Assembly: GCA_963980225.1 (NCBI GenBank)
Contig: CAXBYW010000001.1
Location: 99,301 to 163,300 of the forward strand
Direction: 5' to 3'
Source: an uncultured bacterium
GTDB lineage: Bacteria > Patescibacteriota > Microgenomatia > UBA1400 > MFAQ01
Length of the DNA stretch: 64,000 nt
A model generated the notes under the pieces. The model worked only from the letters and a program-made list of their open reading frames with translations, was not told the DNA's origin and searched no databases. Numbering within the stretch: position 1 is the stretch's first letter; each line of letters opens with the position of its first letter. Shown in pieces: positions 10,533-18,718 of this stretch. A program made the translations under genes and the position numbers.

Positions 10533-11560
10533 TGGGAACCGCCCGTTCCAAGACACTGATCTCCATAGGAATAATCCTTATTTTTAGTCTTATCACTATC
10601 TGGAGTACTGTCCCCAACTTATTTCTCTACCAACTTTCCTTCTTAGTTACCGGTGCCATCATCATGTATTACTTCTCGAAGTTAGATTTAAGGCTGATTT
10701 TAGGGTTATCAACCCCTCTTTATGCTCTCTCTGTCCTACTCTTACTATTAACCTTGTTTTTTGGGGAGAACATAAGAGGCTCAACCCGTTGGTTGAACCT
10801 AGGGCTATTCTCACTGCAAACGTCAGAGGTCGTTAAGGTGTTCTTAATATTTTTCTACGCTAACTTCTTGGCAAGTAAACAAAAGATATCTACGTACTTC
10901 CTGCTTGCTTTGGTTCCCTTTTTGTTGGTTTTAAAACAACCAGATCTAGGCTCGGCTCTTGTATTGCTTGCCATTCCCTTGGTTTTGTATGTTTCCAGCC
11001 GTTTCAACCCAAAAACCTTACTCATTCTGCTTATCTCAGCCATTGTCTTGGTTCCTGTGGGCTTAAAATTTGCCAAGCCATATCAGCTAGAAAGAATAGA
11101 AAGCTTTCTAAATCCATACTCTGACACAGCTGGTGGGGGATACAACGTCATCCAGTCTATTATCACCATAGGTTCGGGTAGGTTCATGGGTAAAGGGGTG
11201 AGTCTGGGTACTCAATCTCATCTAAATTTCCTACCAGAAAGACACACAGACTTTATCTTTGCCTCTTTTGTAGAAGAATTTGGCTTACTAGGTAGTATTC
11301 TCGTTCTTGCTAGCTTCTTTATGCTACTTCAGACCATGCTAAATACAGCCTCAAAACTTAAAGATACGGGTCTGTATCTAGCGCAAATTGCTATATTTAC
11401 CATTTTTGCCTTCCAGGCATTTGTAAACATCGGCATGAACTTGGGGTTAATGCCTGTAACAGGTATTACTCTTCCTTTGTTCTCCTATGGAGGTAGTTCT
11501 CTAATTAGCTCCTTAGCCTTGTTGGGTATCCAGTTAAAGCTAATTGATATAGCTGCTTAG
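10532..11560 (+). CDS. rodA: SEDS-family protein, RodA-like (second copy)
   Basis: 342 aa 10-TM paralog of the FtsW-like gene above. Conserved QPDLGSAL and LPLFSYGGSS motifs are present. Confidence 0.75.
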   Translation: MGTARSKTLISIGIILIFSLITIWSTVPNLFLYQLSFLVTGAIIMYYFSKLDLRLILGLSTPLYALSVLLLLLTLFFGENIRGSTRWLNLGLFSLQTSEVVKVFLIFFYANFLASKQKISTYFLLALVPFLLVLKQPDLGSALVLLAIPLVLYVSSRFNPKTLLILLISAIVLVPVGLKFAKPYQLERIESFLNPYSDTAGGGYNVIQSIITIGSGRFMGKGVSLGTQSHLNFLPERHTDFIFASFVEEFGLLGSILVLASFFMLLQTMLNTASKLKDTGLYLAQIAIFTIFAFQAFVNIGMNLGLMPVTGITLPLFSYGGSSLISSLALLGIQLKLIDIAA

Positions 11561-11567
11561 TCCGTAA

Positions 11568-12467
11568 TCACTTCAGCACCTTGGCAACAAACTGAGTAGG
11601 TGTTTGTAAGTCTAAGCTTAAGTGTAGACGACGATTGTTGTAGTAATCAAGGTACTCCTTTAGATCTTTCCTGATTGTCTCTTCTTTGGGAAGCCTGCCT
11701 TGGAAACACTCATCTTGGATGGTTCTGTTAAAGCGTTCAATGTGGGCGTTGTCATTAGGTTTCCTGATTCTTGAGTATCTCAAGTTAATCTGGCTACGGC
11801 CTAGATCTGCCTGGAAACCATCTCTAAACTCCAAACCATTGTCAGTTTGTACCATGTTGAACTTGAACCCCAGTCTTTCTTGAGCACGGGATATCACTCT
11901 AAAACTGTACTTTTGTAGGAGGCGAGGATAGTACTCTGCATGAGCTAGACGAGAGTAAAGATCAATCACTGTATATATGTAGAAGCGAACATTGTTAGCC
12001 TTGACCAGATGAATGGTATCCATCTGCACTAAGTCTCCAGGAGCCAGTACCCTCGGTCTTGGTAGTGGAGAGTAGTACTTTGGTTGTTTTCTTCTCTTTC
12101 TAGTCAGACCCTGGCGTCTAAGGGTTCTCTCAACCGAAGACAGGCTAACCTTCACCCCTTCAAGTCTTAGGTGTTCATGAATCACCGGGGCACACCTGTC
12201 TCGAAGATTCTTTCTCAACTCAATGATCCTAGCCACAATCTCGGATTTAAGTTGATTGGGATGGCTGTGTGGAGCAGAAGGTAATGTCCACAAGAAGGTA
12301 TTGCCATACAACTTTCGCTCCTCCACCTTACGTATCCACCTCCACACAGTAGACCGATGTACTCCGTACTTAACAGCCGCCTCAGAAACCGTCAGTCTTC
12401 CCCAGACAACGTCGTTTCTGGCCTGCATTCTTGCTTTTGGAGCAAAAGGATTGGTAGTATATGACAT
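11568..12467 (-). CDS. IS481-family transposase (HTH + rve DDE integrase core)
   Basis: 299 aa. N-terminal HTH (VHRSTVWRWIRK). The catalytic core contains LVQMDTIHL, DNGLEFRD and NDNAHIERFNRTIQDE motifs typical of retroviral-integrase-fold DDE transposases. Confidence 0.8.
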   Translation of the reverse strand: MSYTTNPFAPKARMQARNDVVWGRLTVSEAAVKYGVHRSTVWRWIRKVEERKLYGNTFLWTLPSAPHSHPNQLKSEIVARIIELRKNLRDRCAPVIHEHLRLEGVKVSLSSVERTLRRQGLTRKRRKQPKYYSPLPRPRVLAPGDLVQMDTIHLVKANNVRFYIYTVIDLYSRLAHAEYYPRLLQKYSFRVISRAQERLGFKFNMVQTDNGLEFRDGFQADLGRSQINLRYSRIRKPNDNAHIERFNRTIQDECFQGRLPKEETIRKDLKEYLDYYNNRRLHLSLDLQTPTQFVAKVLK

Positions 12468-12550
12468 AGGTAGGTGTTTTAATTACTAAAGCCTTCAAAC
12501 TTAAGTTTAAACACCTACCTACTGGTTTTGTAAAAAGTGTTGCCAAGGTA
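11568..12550 (-). mobile_element. IS481-family insertion sequence, approximately 1 kb, with imperfect terminal inverted repeats
   Basis: Perfect 12-bp IR ACCTTGGCAACA at 11578-11589 with its reverse complement at 12538-12549. Imperfect matches continue inward for about 45 bp (GTAGGTGTTT / AAGCTTAAG motifs at both ends). A single HTH+DDE transposase ORF lies inside. Confidence 0.6.
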
Positions 12551-12577
12551 TTGACGTATTGCTAGTCATCCTATAAC

Positions 12578-12606
12578 TTGACTTTTAGGGTATGGTTTGG
12601 TATATT
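12578..12606 (+). promoter_or_regulatory. candidate sigma70-type promoter (TTGACT-17-TATATT)
   Basis: -35 TTGACT at 12578-12583 and -10 TATATT at 12601-12606 with a 17-bp spacer. It lies 60 bp upstream of the small-gene trio. Confidence 0.3.
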
Positions 12607-12665
12607 AGATACATTATTCTCTCGCAAATTTACAATTCAATTTTATAGCCAAAGGAGGCTTGCTC

Positions 12666-13013
12666 ATGATACGTATCCAAACTTGTAATACGGCGTATGC
12701 CATCACTGCCACATTAATAGATGACATTGTAATGCTCTCTGTTGGGTTTGATGGTTCGCCACCAATAGCAGTTCAAGTACCCTGGAAGTTTTTGTGGAAC
12801 TGTTTATTTATGCCGGCCAATGGTGTAAAAAGGCACGACGTTGACAATTTAGAAAAAGTTGTTCATGATTCTTATGATGGAGTGCCAAGCATAGAACTCT
12901 GGCTCATTCCAGATAATGTAGATGACGCTAATCTCGTAATTGTTACATGGAAAGACATGAGAACAGCTCTTTTGGAAATCAAACCAACCAAAAGTGAGGT
13001 AAAAAATGACTGA
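12666..13013 (+). CDS. hypothetical protein
   Basis: 116 aa ORF preceded by SD AAAGGAGG at 12651-12658 (part of the repeated motif TATAGCCAAAGGAGGCT at 12643-12659). No recognisable domain. Confidence 0.4.
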   Translation: MIRIQTCNTAYAITATLIDDIVMLSVGFDGSPPIAVQVPWKFLWNCLFMPANGVKRHDVDNLEKVVHDSYDGVPSIELWLIPDNVDDANLVIVTWKDMRTALLEIKPTKSEVKND

Positions 13014-13299
13014 TCAAGTAAATCAATCGATTGATTATACTAAGCTTTCTTCCGAAGACCTTGCAGAGCTAGCTCAAATTGAGACTGGTGCCGCTTGGGA
13101 ATACCTAGATCGTCAGAAAGAGCAAGAAAGACGCCGTGAAACAGAGCAGGAAATAGAACGTTTGGAAGCACAAGGATGTTCTCCAGATAGTGAGGGTATT
13201 TGCAACTGCGACTTTTGTGTTCACGGAGTCGAAGATGATGATCAGCCTCGCCAATACTGGCACACAGAACCTCCCGGTGGGCACAACAGCTGGGAATAG
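13006..13299 (+). CDS. hypothetical acidic protein with C-terminal Cys cluster
   Basis: 97 aa. SD GAGGT upstream; 8-bp overlap with the preceding ORF. CSPDSEGICNCDFCVHG suggests a small zinc-binding motif. Confidence 0.4.
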   Translation: MTDQVNQSIDYTKLSSEDLAELAQIETGAAWEYLDRQKEQERRRETEQEIERLEAQGCSPDSEGICNCDFCVHGVEDDDQPRQYWHTEPPGGHNSWE

Positions 13300-13330
13300 T
13301 TCCTTCTACTCTTATAGCCAAGGGAGGCTA

Positions 13331-13477
13331 AATGTTCAACAAGAATTTTACTAAAATAACCCTTCCGATAAGCTCCTTTATCATCTCAATCATCTCGTTT
13401 ATGATATTTTGGAAACTTTTCCAAAAACATCGTCATCTAGAGATAGAAGGTTACGATCATCGGATCGAAAACTCTTA
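13331..13477 (+). CDS. hypothetical small membrane protein (48 aa)
   Basis: Not in the ORF track because it is under 60 aa. Preceded by CTTATAGCCAAGGGAGGCT, a near-identical copy of the RBS context of the ORF at 12666. One hydrophobic helix. Confidence 0.25.
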
Positions 13478-13588
13478 AGTAGACTTCAAAATAGACTCAA
13501 TAAGAGAAACAACCACTCAAGGAATCACAGAATACTTCTGTTGATAACCTTGGGTGGCTTTTTTTATGTAAATTTTGCTTTGTAATCC

Positions 13589-13618
13589 TTGCTTTTTCAC
13601 GCCCCTACGGGCTATAAT
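13589..13618 (+). promoter_or_regulatory. candidate promoter for rplU operon (TTGCTT-18-TATAAT)
   Basis: -35 TTGCTT at 13589-13594 and -10 TATAAT at 13613-13618. It lies directly upstream of rplU. Confidence 0.35.
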
Positions 13619-13626
13619 CAACCACG

Positions 13627-13956
13627 ATGGCAACCAAAAAACTTAAATCAGTAGCAGTAATCGAAATCTCTCCACGACAGTTTCTAGTCAAAGAGGGAGA
13701 TATCTTGGTTGTAAACAACCTACACCTTAAAGAAAAAGAAGTTATTACCCCTGAAGTTCTTCTAACCTTCGATGGTGAAAAGACCAAGATAGGCCAACCT
13801 TTCATTAAGGGTGCCGTAGTTAAACTAGAGCACATAGAAACTAAAAAGGGTGAAAAAATCAGAGTCTCAAGATTCAAAGCTAAATCAAGATATAGAAAAG
13901 TAAAAGGTAGCCGACAACTACAGACACATCTAAAGGTCAAAACCGTCAAAATCTAA
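13627..13956 (+). CDS. rplU: 50S ribosomal protein L21
   Basis: 109 aa with the L21 N-terminal pattern (MATKK...AVIEISPRQFLVKEGD). It is followed by rpmA in the conserved arrangement. Confidence 0.9.
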   Translation: MATKKLKSVAVIEISPRQFLVKEGDILVVNNLHLKEKEVITPEVLLTFDGEKTKIGQPFIKGAVVKLEHIETKKGEKIRVSRFKAKSRYRKVKGSRQLQTHLKVKTVKI

Positions 13957-13961
13957 ATAAA

Positions 13962-14816
13962 ATGGACTTCGTCTTCCACCTAGGCTTCAATGAAGAGCTA
14001 GCCAAGCTTGAGTTAGAAACAGCTCTAGGTAAGTCCGTTACTAAAATAGCCACCCGACAGTATCTCGTAAAAGTAGATAATTTCTCCACTCTAAACACCT
14101 TAGCTCATCGTCTGGGTGGTTTAGTAGAAGTCAGAGGTGAAACGAGCGACAAACTTGTCTGGCGTCATCAGGCCAAGGCTTGGTACAAGCGAGACCGCTT
14201 AAAACCTTTTGCAGATGGAAGAAAAGGTATGTTACCTCCTAAGGTTGCTCGTATTATGGTCAACTTAGCCTTAGGGAAAGACTACAAAAAAGACCAGGTC
14301 TTACTCGACCCATTCTGTGGTTCAGGTAACATTCTTATGGAAGCCGGAATGCTAAAGATCAAACTTATTGGTGTAGATATCAACGAGGAACAGCTAGAAG
14401 GTACTAGAAAAAACCTAAACTGGTTAGAAATTAAAAGCTTTAATCTGTTCAAGTTAGACGCCACTCAGCTATCAAAACACTTAAAGACCAAGATAGACTA
14501 CATAGTCACTGAACCTTTTATGGGTAAGCCTAACTTAAGGCCAGACAGAATAAAATACGTTGCCAAAGGGCTCCACAAGCTATATTTAGGTGTTCTAAAA
14601 AATTGGTTACATATTCTTAACCCAGGGGGTACGGTCTGTATGGTTTTTCCCGTTTTCCAAGACGAGAAGAAAACTTACCATTTAAGTGATGTAATTGACG
14701 ATAAATCCCTGGTAGGTTACAATATTAAAACTAGAGGATTAATTTACTCAAGACCGCACTCTAAATTAAAAAGAGAGATCGTGGTTCTAAAGAAAAAAAT
14801 AACTAAAAATGTCTAA
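13962..14816 (+). CDS. SAM-dependent RNA methyltransferase (N2-guanine/N6-adenine class), putative
   Basis: SAM-binding motif [11 protein letters not shown] and a TEPFMG (NPPY-like) motif IV. It sits between rplU and rpmA. Confidence 0.5.
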   Translation: MDFVFHLGFNEELAKLELETALGKSVTKIATRQYLVKVDNFSTLNTLAHRLGGLVEVRGETSDKLVWRHQAKAWYKRDRLKPFADGRKGMLPPKVARIMVNLALGKDYKKDQVLLDPFCGSGNILMEAGMLKIKLIGVDINEEQLEGTRKNLNWLEIKSFNLFKLDATQLSKHLKTKIDYIVTEPFMGKPNLRPDRIKYVAKGLHKLYLGVLKNWLHILNPGGTVCMVFPVFQDEKKTYHLSDVIDDKSLVGYNIKTRGLIYSRPHSKLKREIVVLKKKITKNV

Positions 14817-15069
14817 AGTAAAATCAGGTGGAGCAGTCCGACAACATTCCCAAAAGAAACGACACGGTAAAAGTCTTGGTGTAAAGTTGTTTGGTGGCCA
14901 AGCCGTAAAAACAGGTCAGATCATTGCTCGCCAACGTGGATCTAAGTTTCATGCTGGTGACAACACCAAGCAAGGTAAGGACTTTACTTTATTTGCTATG
15001 CAAGACGGCTTCGTAAAATTCAAGAAACGACACGGTAAAAATTATGTAGACGTAGTAACTCAAGAATAA
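14809..15069 (+). CDS. rpmA: 50S ribosomal protein L27
   Basis: 86 aa with the conserved L27 N-terminus ([25 protein letters not shown]). Confidence 0.9.
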   Translation: MSKVKSGGAVRQHSQKKRHGKSLGVKLFGGQAVKTGQIIARQRGSKFHAGDNTKQGKDFTLFAMQDGFVKFKKRHGKNYVDVVTQE

Positions 15070-16112
15070 TGGCCGACCCAGGAGTCATTCGTCTACCTAT
15101 AACCAATCTCCAACCAAATCCGTTACAACCTCGTGGAGTGATCACTCCCGATTCTCTATCCGAGCTAGTAGACTCCATAAAAAAACATGGGGTTCTCCAA
15201 CCATTAACTGTTGCTCACACTCCTGCAGGTCACCAGATTATTGCTGGTGAAAGACGATGGAGAGCTTCCAAGATAGCTGGACTTACCGAGGTACCTGTTA
15301 ACATAGTCAAGACCACTCCTCAGGGAATGCTAGAAATGGCTATCGTTGAAAATGTCCAAAGAACCGATCTAAATCCAGTAGATAGAGCCAAGTCATTCGA
15401 TCGCTTAATCAGCGAGTTCGGTTTATCAAACTCCGAGATTGCCGGTCGTGTTTCCAAAAGCCCAGCTTTTGTAAGTAACTCCCTAAGATTGTTAGAGTTA
15501 CCAGATGCTTTAAAAGACGGCCTTATCTCCAATGTCATTTCCGAGGGTCATGCCAGAGCCTTAGCCGCTATACCCGACACTCAAGCAATGATAGAGGCTT
15601 ACAAGATGATTCTTAAAGAAGGTGGTTCTGTAAGAAGAGCAGAAGCTCTAGCTAGAATCTTTAAAAGCAAATTAGAAAAACCAACCGCTACCCAAAATTC
15701 ATCTAAAGCAAAAATAGTAAATGAGCTGATTGCCGAGATGGCCAACAGTCTACAAAGCTCTCTAGGTAAAAACACTAGCGTCAAGATGCGTCGCTCCAGA
15801 GTAGAAACCGCTATCCAGATCGTCTTAAAAGGCACACCAGAAGAAACAGAGAGTCAACTAGAAAAAATATATAAATCACTATCCAACAAAACATCTAAAC
15901 CTACTAAAGTTAAGGAAACTCCAAAACCAGCTCCAAAAGTAACCCCAGAGCCAGCCGTAGAACCAAAACCCGTTAAGGCAGCTCCTATTCCAGAGCCAGT
16001 CAAACCTCCAGAACCAGTTAAAGCTCCAGAATACTCCAACCCATTTGAACCTCTCACCGCAGAAGATACACCAAAAGTTGCAGATGACAAAGCAGAGTTT
16101 CCCGACTACTAA
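15069..16112 (+). CDS. parB: ParB/Spo0J-like partition protein with proline/lysine-rich C-terminal tail
   Basis: ParB N-terminal domain with GERRWRA, plus an HTH region. The last ~90 aa are low-complexity PxxP/KP repeats. Confidence 0.7.
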   Translation: MADPGVIRLPITNLQPNPLQPRGVITPDSLSELVDSIKKHGVLQPLTVAHTPAGHQIIAGERRWRASKIAGLTEVPVNIVKTTPQGMLEMAIVENVQRTDLNPVDRAKSFDRLISEFGLSNSEIAGRVSKSPAFVSNSLRLLELPDALKDGLISNVISEGHARALAAIPDTQAMIEAYKMILKEGGSVRRAEALARIFKSKLEKPTATQNSSKAKIVNELIAEMANSLQSSLGKNTSVKMRRSRVETAIQIVLKGTPEETESQLEKIYKSLSNKTSKPTKVKETPKPAPKVTPEPAVEPKPVKAAPIPEPVKPPEPVKAPEYSNPFEPLTAEDTPKVADDKAEFPDY

Positions 16113-16669
16113 AGATTAGGATTCGTAATTGTTCCAATAGTTTCAGAAGGCCAGTATCTAAAGAATGCTCTACCTACAATATTCTCATATGGTACAGGTC
16201 CCCAGTCTCTACTATCTGAAGAGTGGTCGCGATTATCTCCAATGGCGATTATTGTAGAGTCTTGCACCAAGTACTCCATTCCATCCCTTAAAAATCGTCC
16301 TCCAGAAGTTGTGTAATCATTGGGTAAATATGGTTCCTCTAGTTTTTCTCCATTTAGGTAAACATATCCTCCTTGAATTAGGATTGTGTCACCCGGAACT
16401 GCCAGTACTCGCTTAATAAAGTCAAAGTTTTCATCTAATGGGGACTTGAACACAATCACATCACCTCTTGCGGGGTCTCGTCTCTTTAGGGTCACCTTGT
16501 CTGTTAAGAGATACTGTCCAGTTTCAAAGGTGGGGAACATAGAGCTTCCTTTTACTTGATGTGGTTGCATCAAAAAAAGATAAACTACCACAAACACAGA
16601 TGCCGAGACCACAAAAGCCTCAATCATCTCATAAACAATCTTAAATATTTTCTTTACAACACTCACCAC
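16109..16669 (-). CDS. lepB: signal peptidase I (S26)
   Basis: N-terminal TM, catalytic Ser region and GDNRDHSSDSRDWG box E motif. Confidence 0.85.
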   Translation of the reverse strand: MVSVVKKIFKIVYEMIEAFVVSASVFVVVYLFLMQPHQVKGSSMFPTFETGQYLLTDKVTLKRRDPARGDVIVFKSPLDENFDFIKRVLAVPGDTILIQGGYVYLNGEKLEEPYLPNDYTTSGGRFLRDGMEYLVQDSTIIAIGDNRDHSSDSRDWGPVPYENIVGRAFFRYWPSETIGTITNPNL

Positions 16670-16706
16670 TCAAGTCTACGCTGGTTGATATAATTATGCA
16701 ATAAAA

Positions 16707-16780
16707 GGACTCGTAGCTCAGCTGGTCAGAGCGCGGCATTCACATTGCCGAGGTCACAGGTTCGAAACCTGTCGAGTCCA
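16707..16780 (+). tRNA. tRNA-Val (anticodon CAC)
   Basis: 74-nt cloverleaf folded by hand: acceptor GGACTCG/CGAGTCC, anticodon loop TTCACAT, T-loop TTCGAAA. Confidence 0.85.
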
Positions 16781-16910
16781 CACGAATTTATTATTAAGAG
16801 GAAGGTGAAACCTCATCACTCTATCAGTAAAAATATTATAGACCAATTTGCTTTTACTACAATATTTTAAGCAATTTCATTGTCTTTTGATCTATCTTCA
16901 CTATTATCGT

Positions 16911-17360
16911 TTACTTTTTTGATTTTTTACTCAGTAGGTAAGATGTCACAGCAATTATCGATGCCCAAGTAATGAAACTATTTCCTGTTTGACCTGAAGA
17001 TTTATTTGTCCCCTTAACTTCTCCTTTTCTGGGAGAGAGACTTAACTTAAGTGATGGAGTTGGTGTAATTTTCTTGATGCATGAATTACCAACTTCTTTA
17101 TATCCAGAATTACACATCCAGGTGTCTGAATTACTATTCACAGCATATGCATTTAAAGGAACCTTTACGCAATAACTCCTATTTACTGAAACCGTATAGC
17201 CGCCATTACATGAACATTTTCCTGTCCCAGAATCATATACGGAATTAGCCGGGCAACGAACACTGGTTCTTTTTGGAGGAGTATAGCTTGGAGGAGTATA
17301 GCCACCATTGTGGTAATGATATGTTCCAGCACATGATCCGACGTTACAATTCATCAACAA
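16911..17360 (-). CDS. cysteine-rich protein with C-terminal transmembrane anchor (tail-anchored or surface)
   Basis: 149 aa with 12 Cys in repeated C-x-C/GGYT-like spacing. C-terminal hydrophobic helix followed by KKSKK. Flanked by AT-rich noncoding DNA and tRNA-Val. Confidence 0.45.
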   Translation of the reverse strand: MLMNCNVGSCAGTYHYHNGGYTPPSYTPPKRTSVRCPANSVYDSGTGKCSCNGGYTVSVNRSYCVKVPLNAYAVNSNSDTWMCNSGYKEVGNSCIKKITPTPSLKLSLSPRKGEVKGTNKSSGQTGNSFITWASIIAVTSYLLSKKSKK

Positions 17361-17572
17361 TATTTATAGTTGCATAGGGGATCCAACTTGACTTTTATTC
17401 AATGGCTTACGGCAAACGACATATCAATATTTTTTACGTATACTCAGAGCGTCTCTTCCAAGAAGGAAGCCAAAGGATCAAATCTCATCAATTTCGCAGA
17501 GAAAGTTTAAGGTAATTAAAAAATTAGCTTGATAGTCACGTATCTATTAGATAATCAAATATAATGGTATGT

Positions 17573-18718
17573 ATGTCAAAAGAAAAAAAGCTTAAAATAG
17601 CAATCTTTCATAATTTACCTCAGGGTGGAGCTAAAAGATATTTATATGAGATTACAAGGAGGTTGTCAGAAAAATATGATATTGATGAATACAAAATAGA
17701 TACGGCTTCTCCTTATTTAGATTTATCACAAATCGTACAATCTTCAAAATCTTATCATTACCGTGGTGGAAGTGGAATAACGTCGATGGTTCGATCAATT
17801 GTAAAGTTACCTAAAGTTCATAAGCAAATAAGTGATGATGTCAATCTTGGTCAATATGACTTAGTTATTACAAATCACGATTATTTCACCAAAAGTCCAT
17901 ATCTACATAGATATTTAAGCGTACCGTGTGTATATATATGTCACGAGCCTCAAAGGGAGTTTTATGAAAAACAAAGTATTCATGCTCCCAGGTTTAGAGA
18001 AAAATTAGTGAACATATTAAGATATCCAATAAAATATATAGACATAATCAATACGAAAGCAGCATGTAATCTAATAGCTAATTCAAAATACTCACAAAAA
18101 TATTTAAAAAAAGTCTATGGATTAAGATCAAGCATGGTATATCCAGGTGTTGATAGTAAAGAATTTCTTTCTTCAGATAAAAAAGAAAACTTTGTTTTGG
18201 CTATCGGAAGCCTAAGTCCAATCAAAGGGCACGATTTTATTATCAAATCTCTTGGAAAGATTGAGAAACAACACAGACCATCCTTGACTGTTGTTGGTAG
18301 GTCTAATCAATATTACAAAGAAAAATTAGTTAAAATATCAAAAATAAATGGCGTTAAGCTCAGAACTCTAAGTCAAGTCTCTGACGTACAACTAAAAAAG
18401 ATGCTTTCATCTTCTTTAGCATATGTGTCTGGTGCTTACAGAGAACCATTTGGTTTGTGTATTTTAGAAGCCATGGCTTCTCAGACACCAGCTATAGTCG
18501 TTGAAGGAGGTGGAGCTGGTGAGCAGATAAAAAATGGTATTGATGGTTTTATAGTAAAACGAGACGAAGGTGAATTTGCTGATAAGCTTCTCATCATTAT
18601 AAAAAATAAAAAGAAAAGATCTATGGGGATAAAGGCTAAGGAAAGTATGAGGGATTGGACTTGGGAGCAATCAGCTAAAAAGTTAGATGAAATAATTAAA
18701 AAGAAAATCAAGCAATGA
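17573..18718 (+). CDS. glycosyltransferase family 4 (GT-B)
   Basis: C-terminal E-x7-E type motif REPFGLCILEAMASQTPAIVVEGGGAGE. Start taken at ATG 17573; the ORF track begins at GTG 17564. Confidence 0.75.
   Translation: MSKEKKLKIAIFHNLPQGGAKRYLYEITRRLSEKYDIDEYKIDTASPYLDLSQIVQSSKSYHYRGGSGITSMVRSIVKLPKVHKQISDDVNLGQYDLVITNHDYFTKSPYLHRYLSVPCVYICHEPQREFYEKQSIHAPRFREKLVNILRYPIKYIDIINTKAACNLIANSKYSQKYLKKVYGLRSSMVYPGVDSKEFLSSDKKENFVLAIGSLSPIKGHDFIIKSLGKIEKQHRPSLTVVGRSNQYYKEKLVKISKINGVKLRTLSQVSDVQLKKMLSSSLAYVSGAYREPFGLCILEAMASQTPAIVVEGGGAGEQIKNGIDGFIVKRDEGEFADKLLIIIKNKKKRSMGIKAKESMRDWTWEQSAKKLDEIIKKKIKQ

Noticed and set aside
13510-13566. Intrinsic terminator upstream of the rplU promoter (CAACCACTCAAGG ... 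CCTTGGGTGG + T7)
   Set aside because: The stem halves are separated by a ~24-nt loop and carry a mismatch. This is plausible but too weak to list as a feature; the T-run alone is not diagnostic.
15900-16040. Possible CRISPR-like or tandem DNA repeat in the 3-prime part of parB
   Set aside because: The periodicity is imperfect and at codon level (PEP/KPV repeats) inside an open reading frame. There are no spacer/repeat regularity and no cas genes. No CRISPR array was found anywhere in the window.
17529-17565. TTGATA / TATAAT boxes upstream of the first GT4 gene as a defined promoter
   Set aside because: Spacer lengths are 15 or 25 bp for the two possible -10 choices, neither canonical. Mentioned only in connection with possible leaderless starts.
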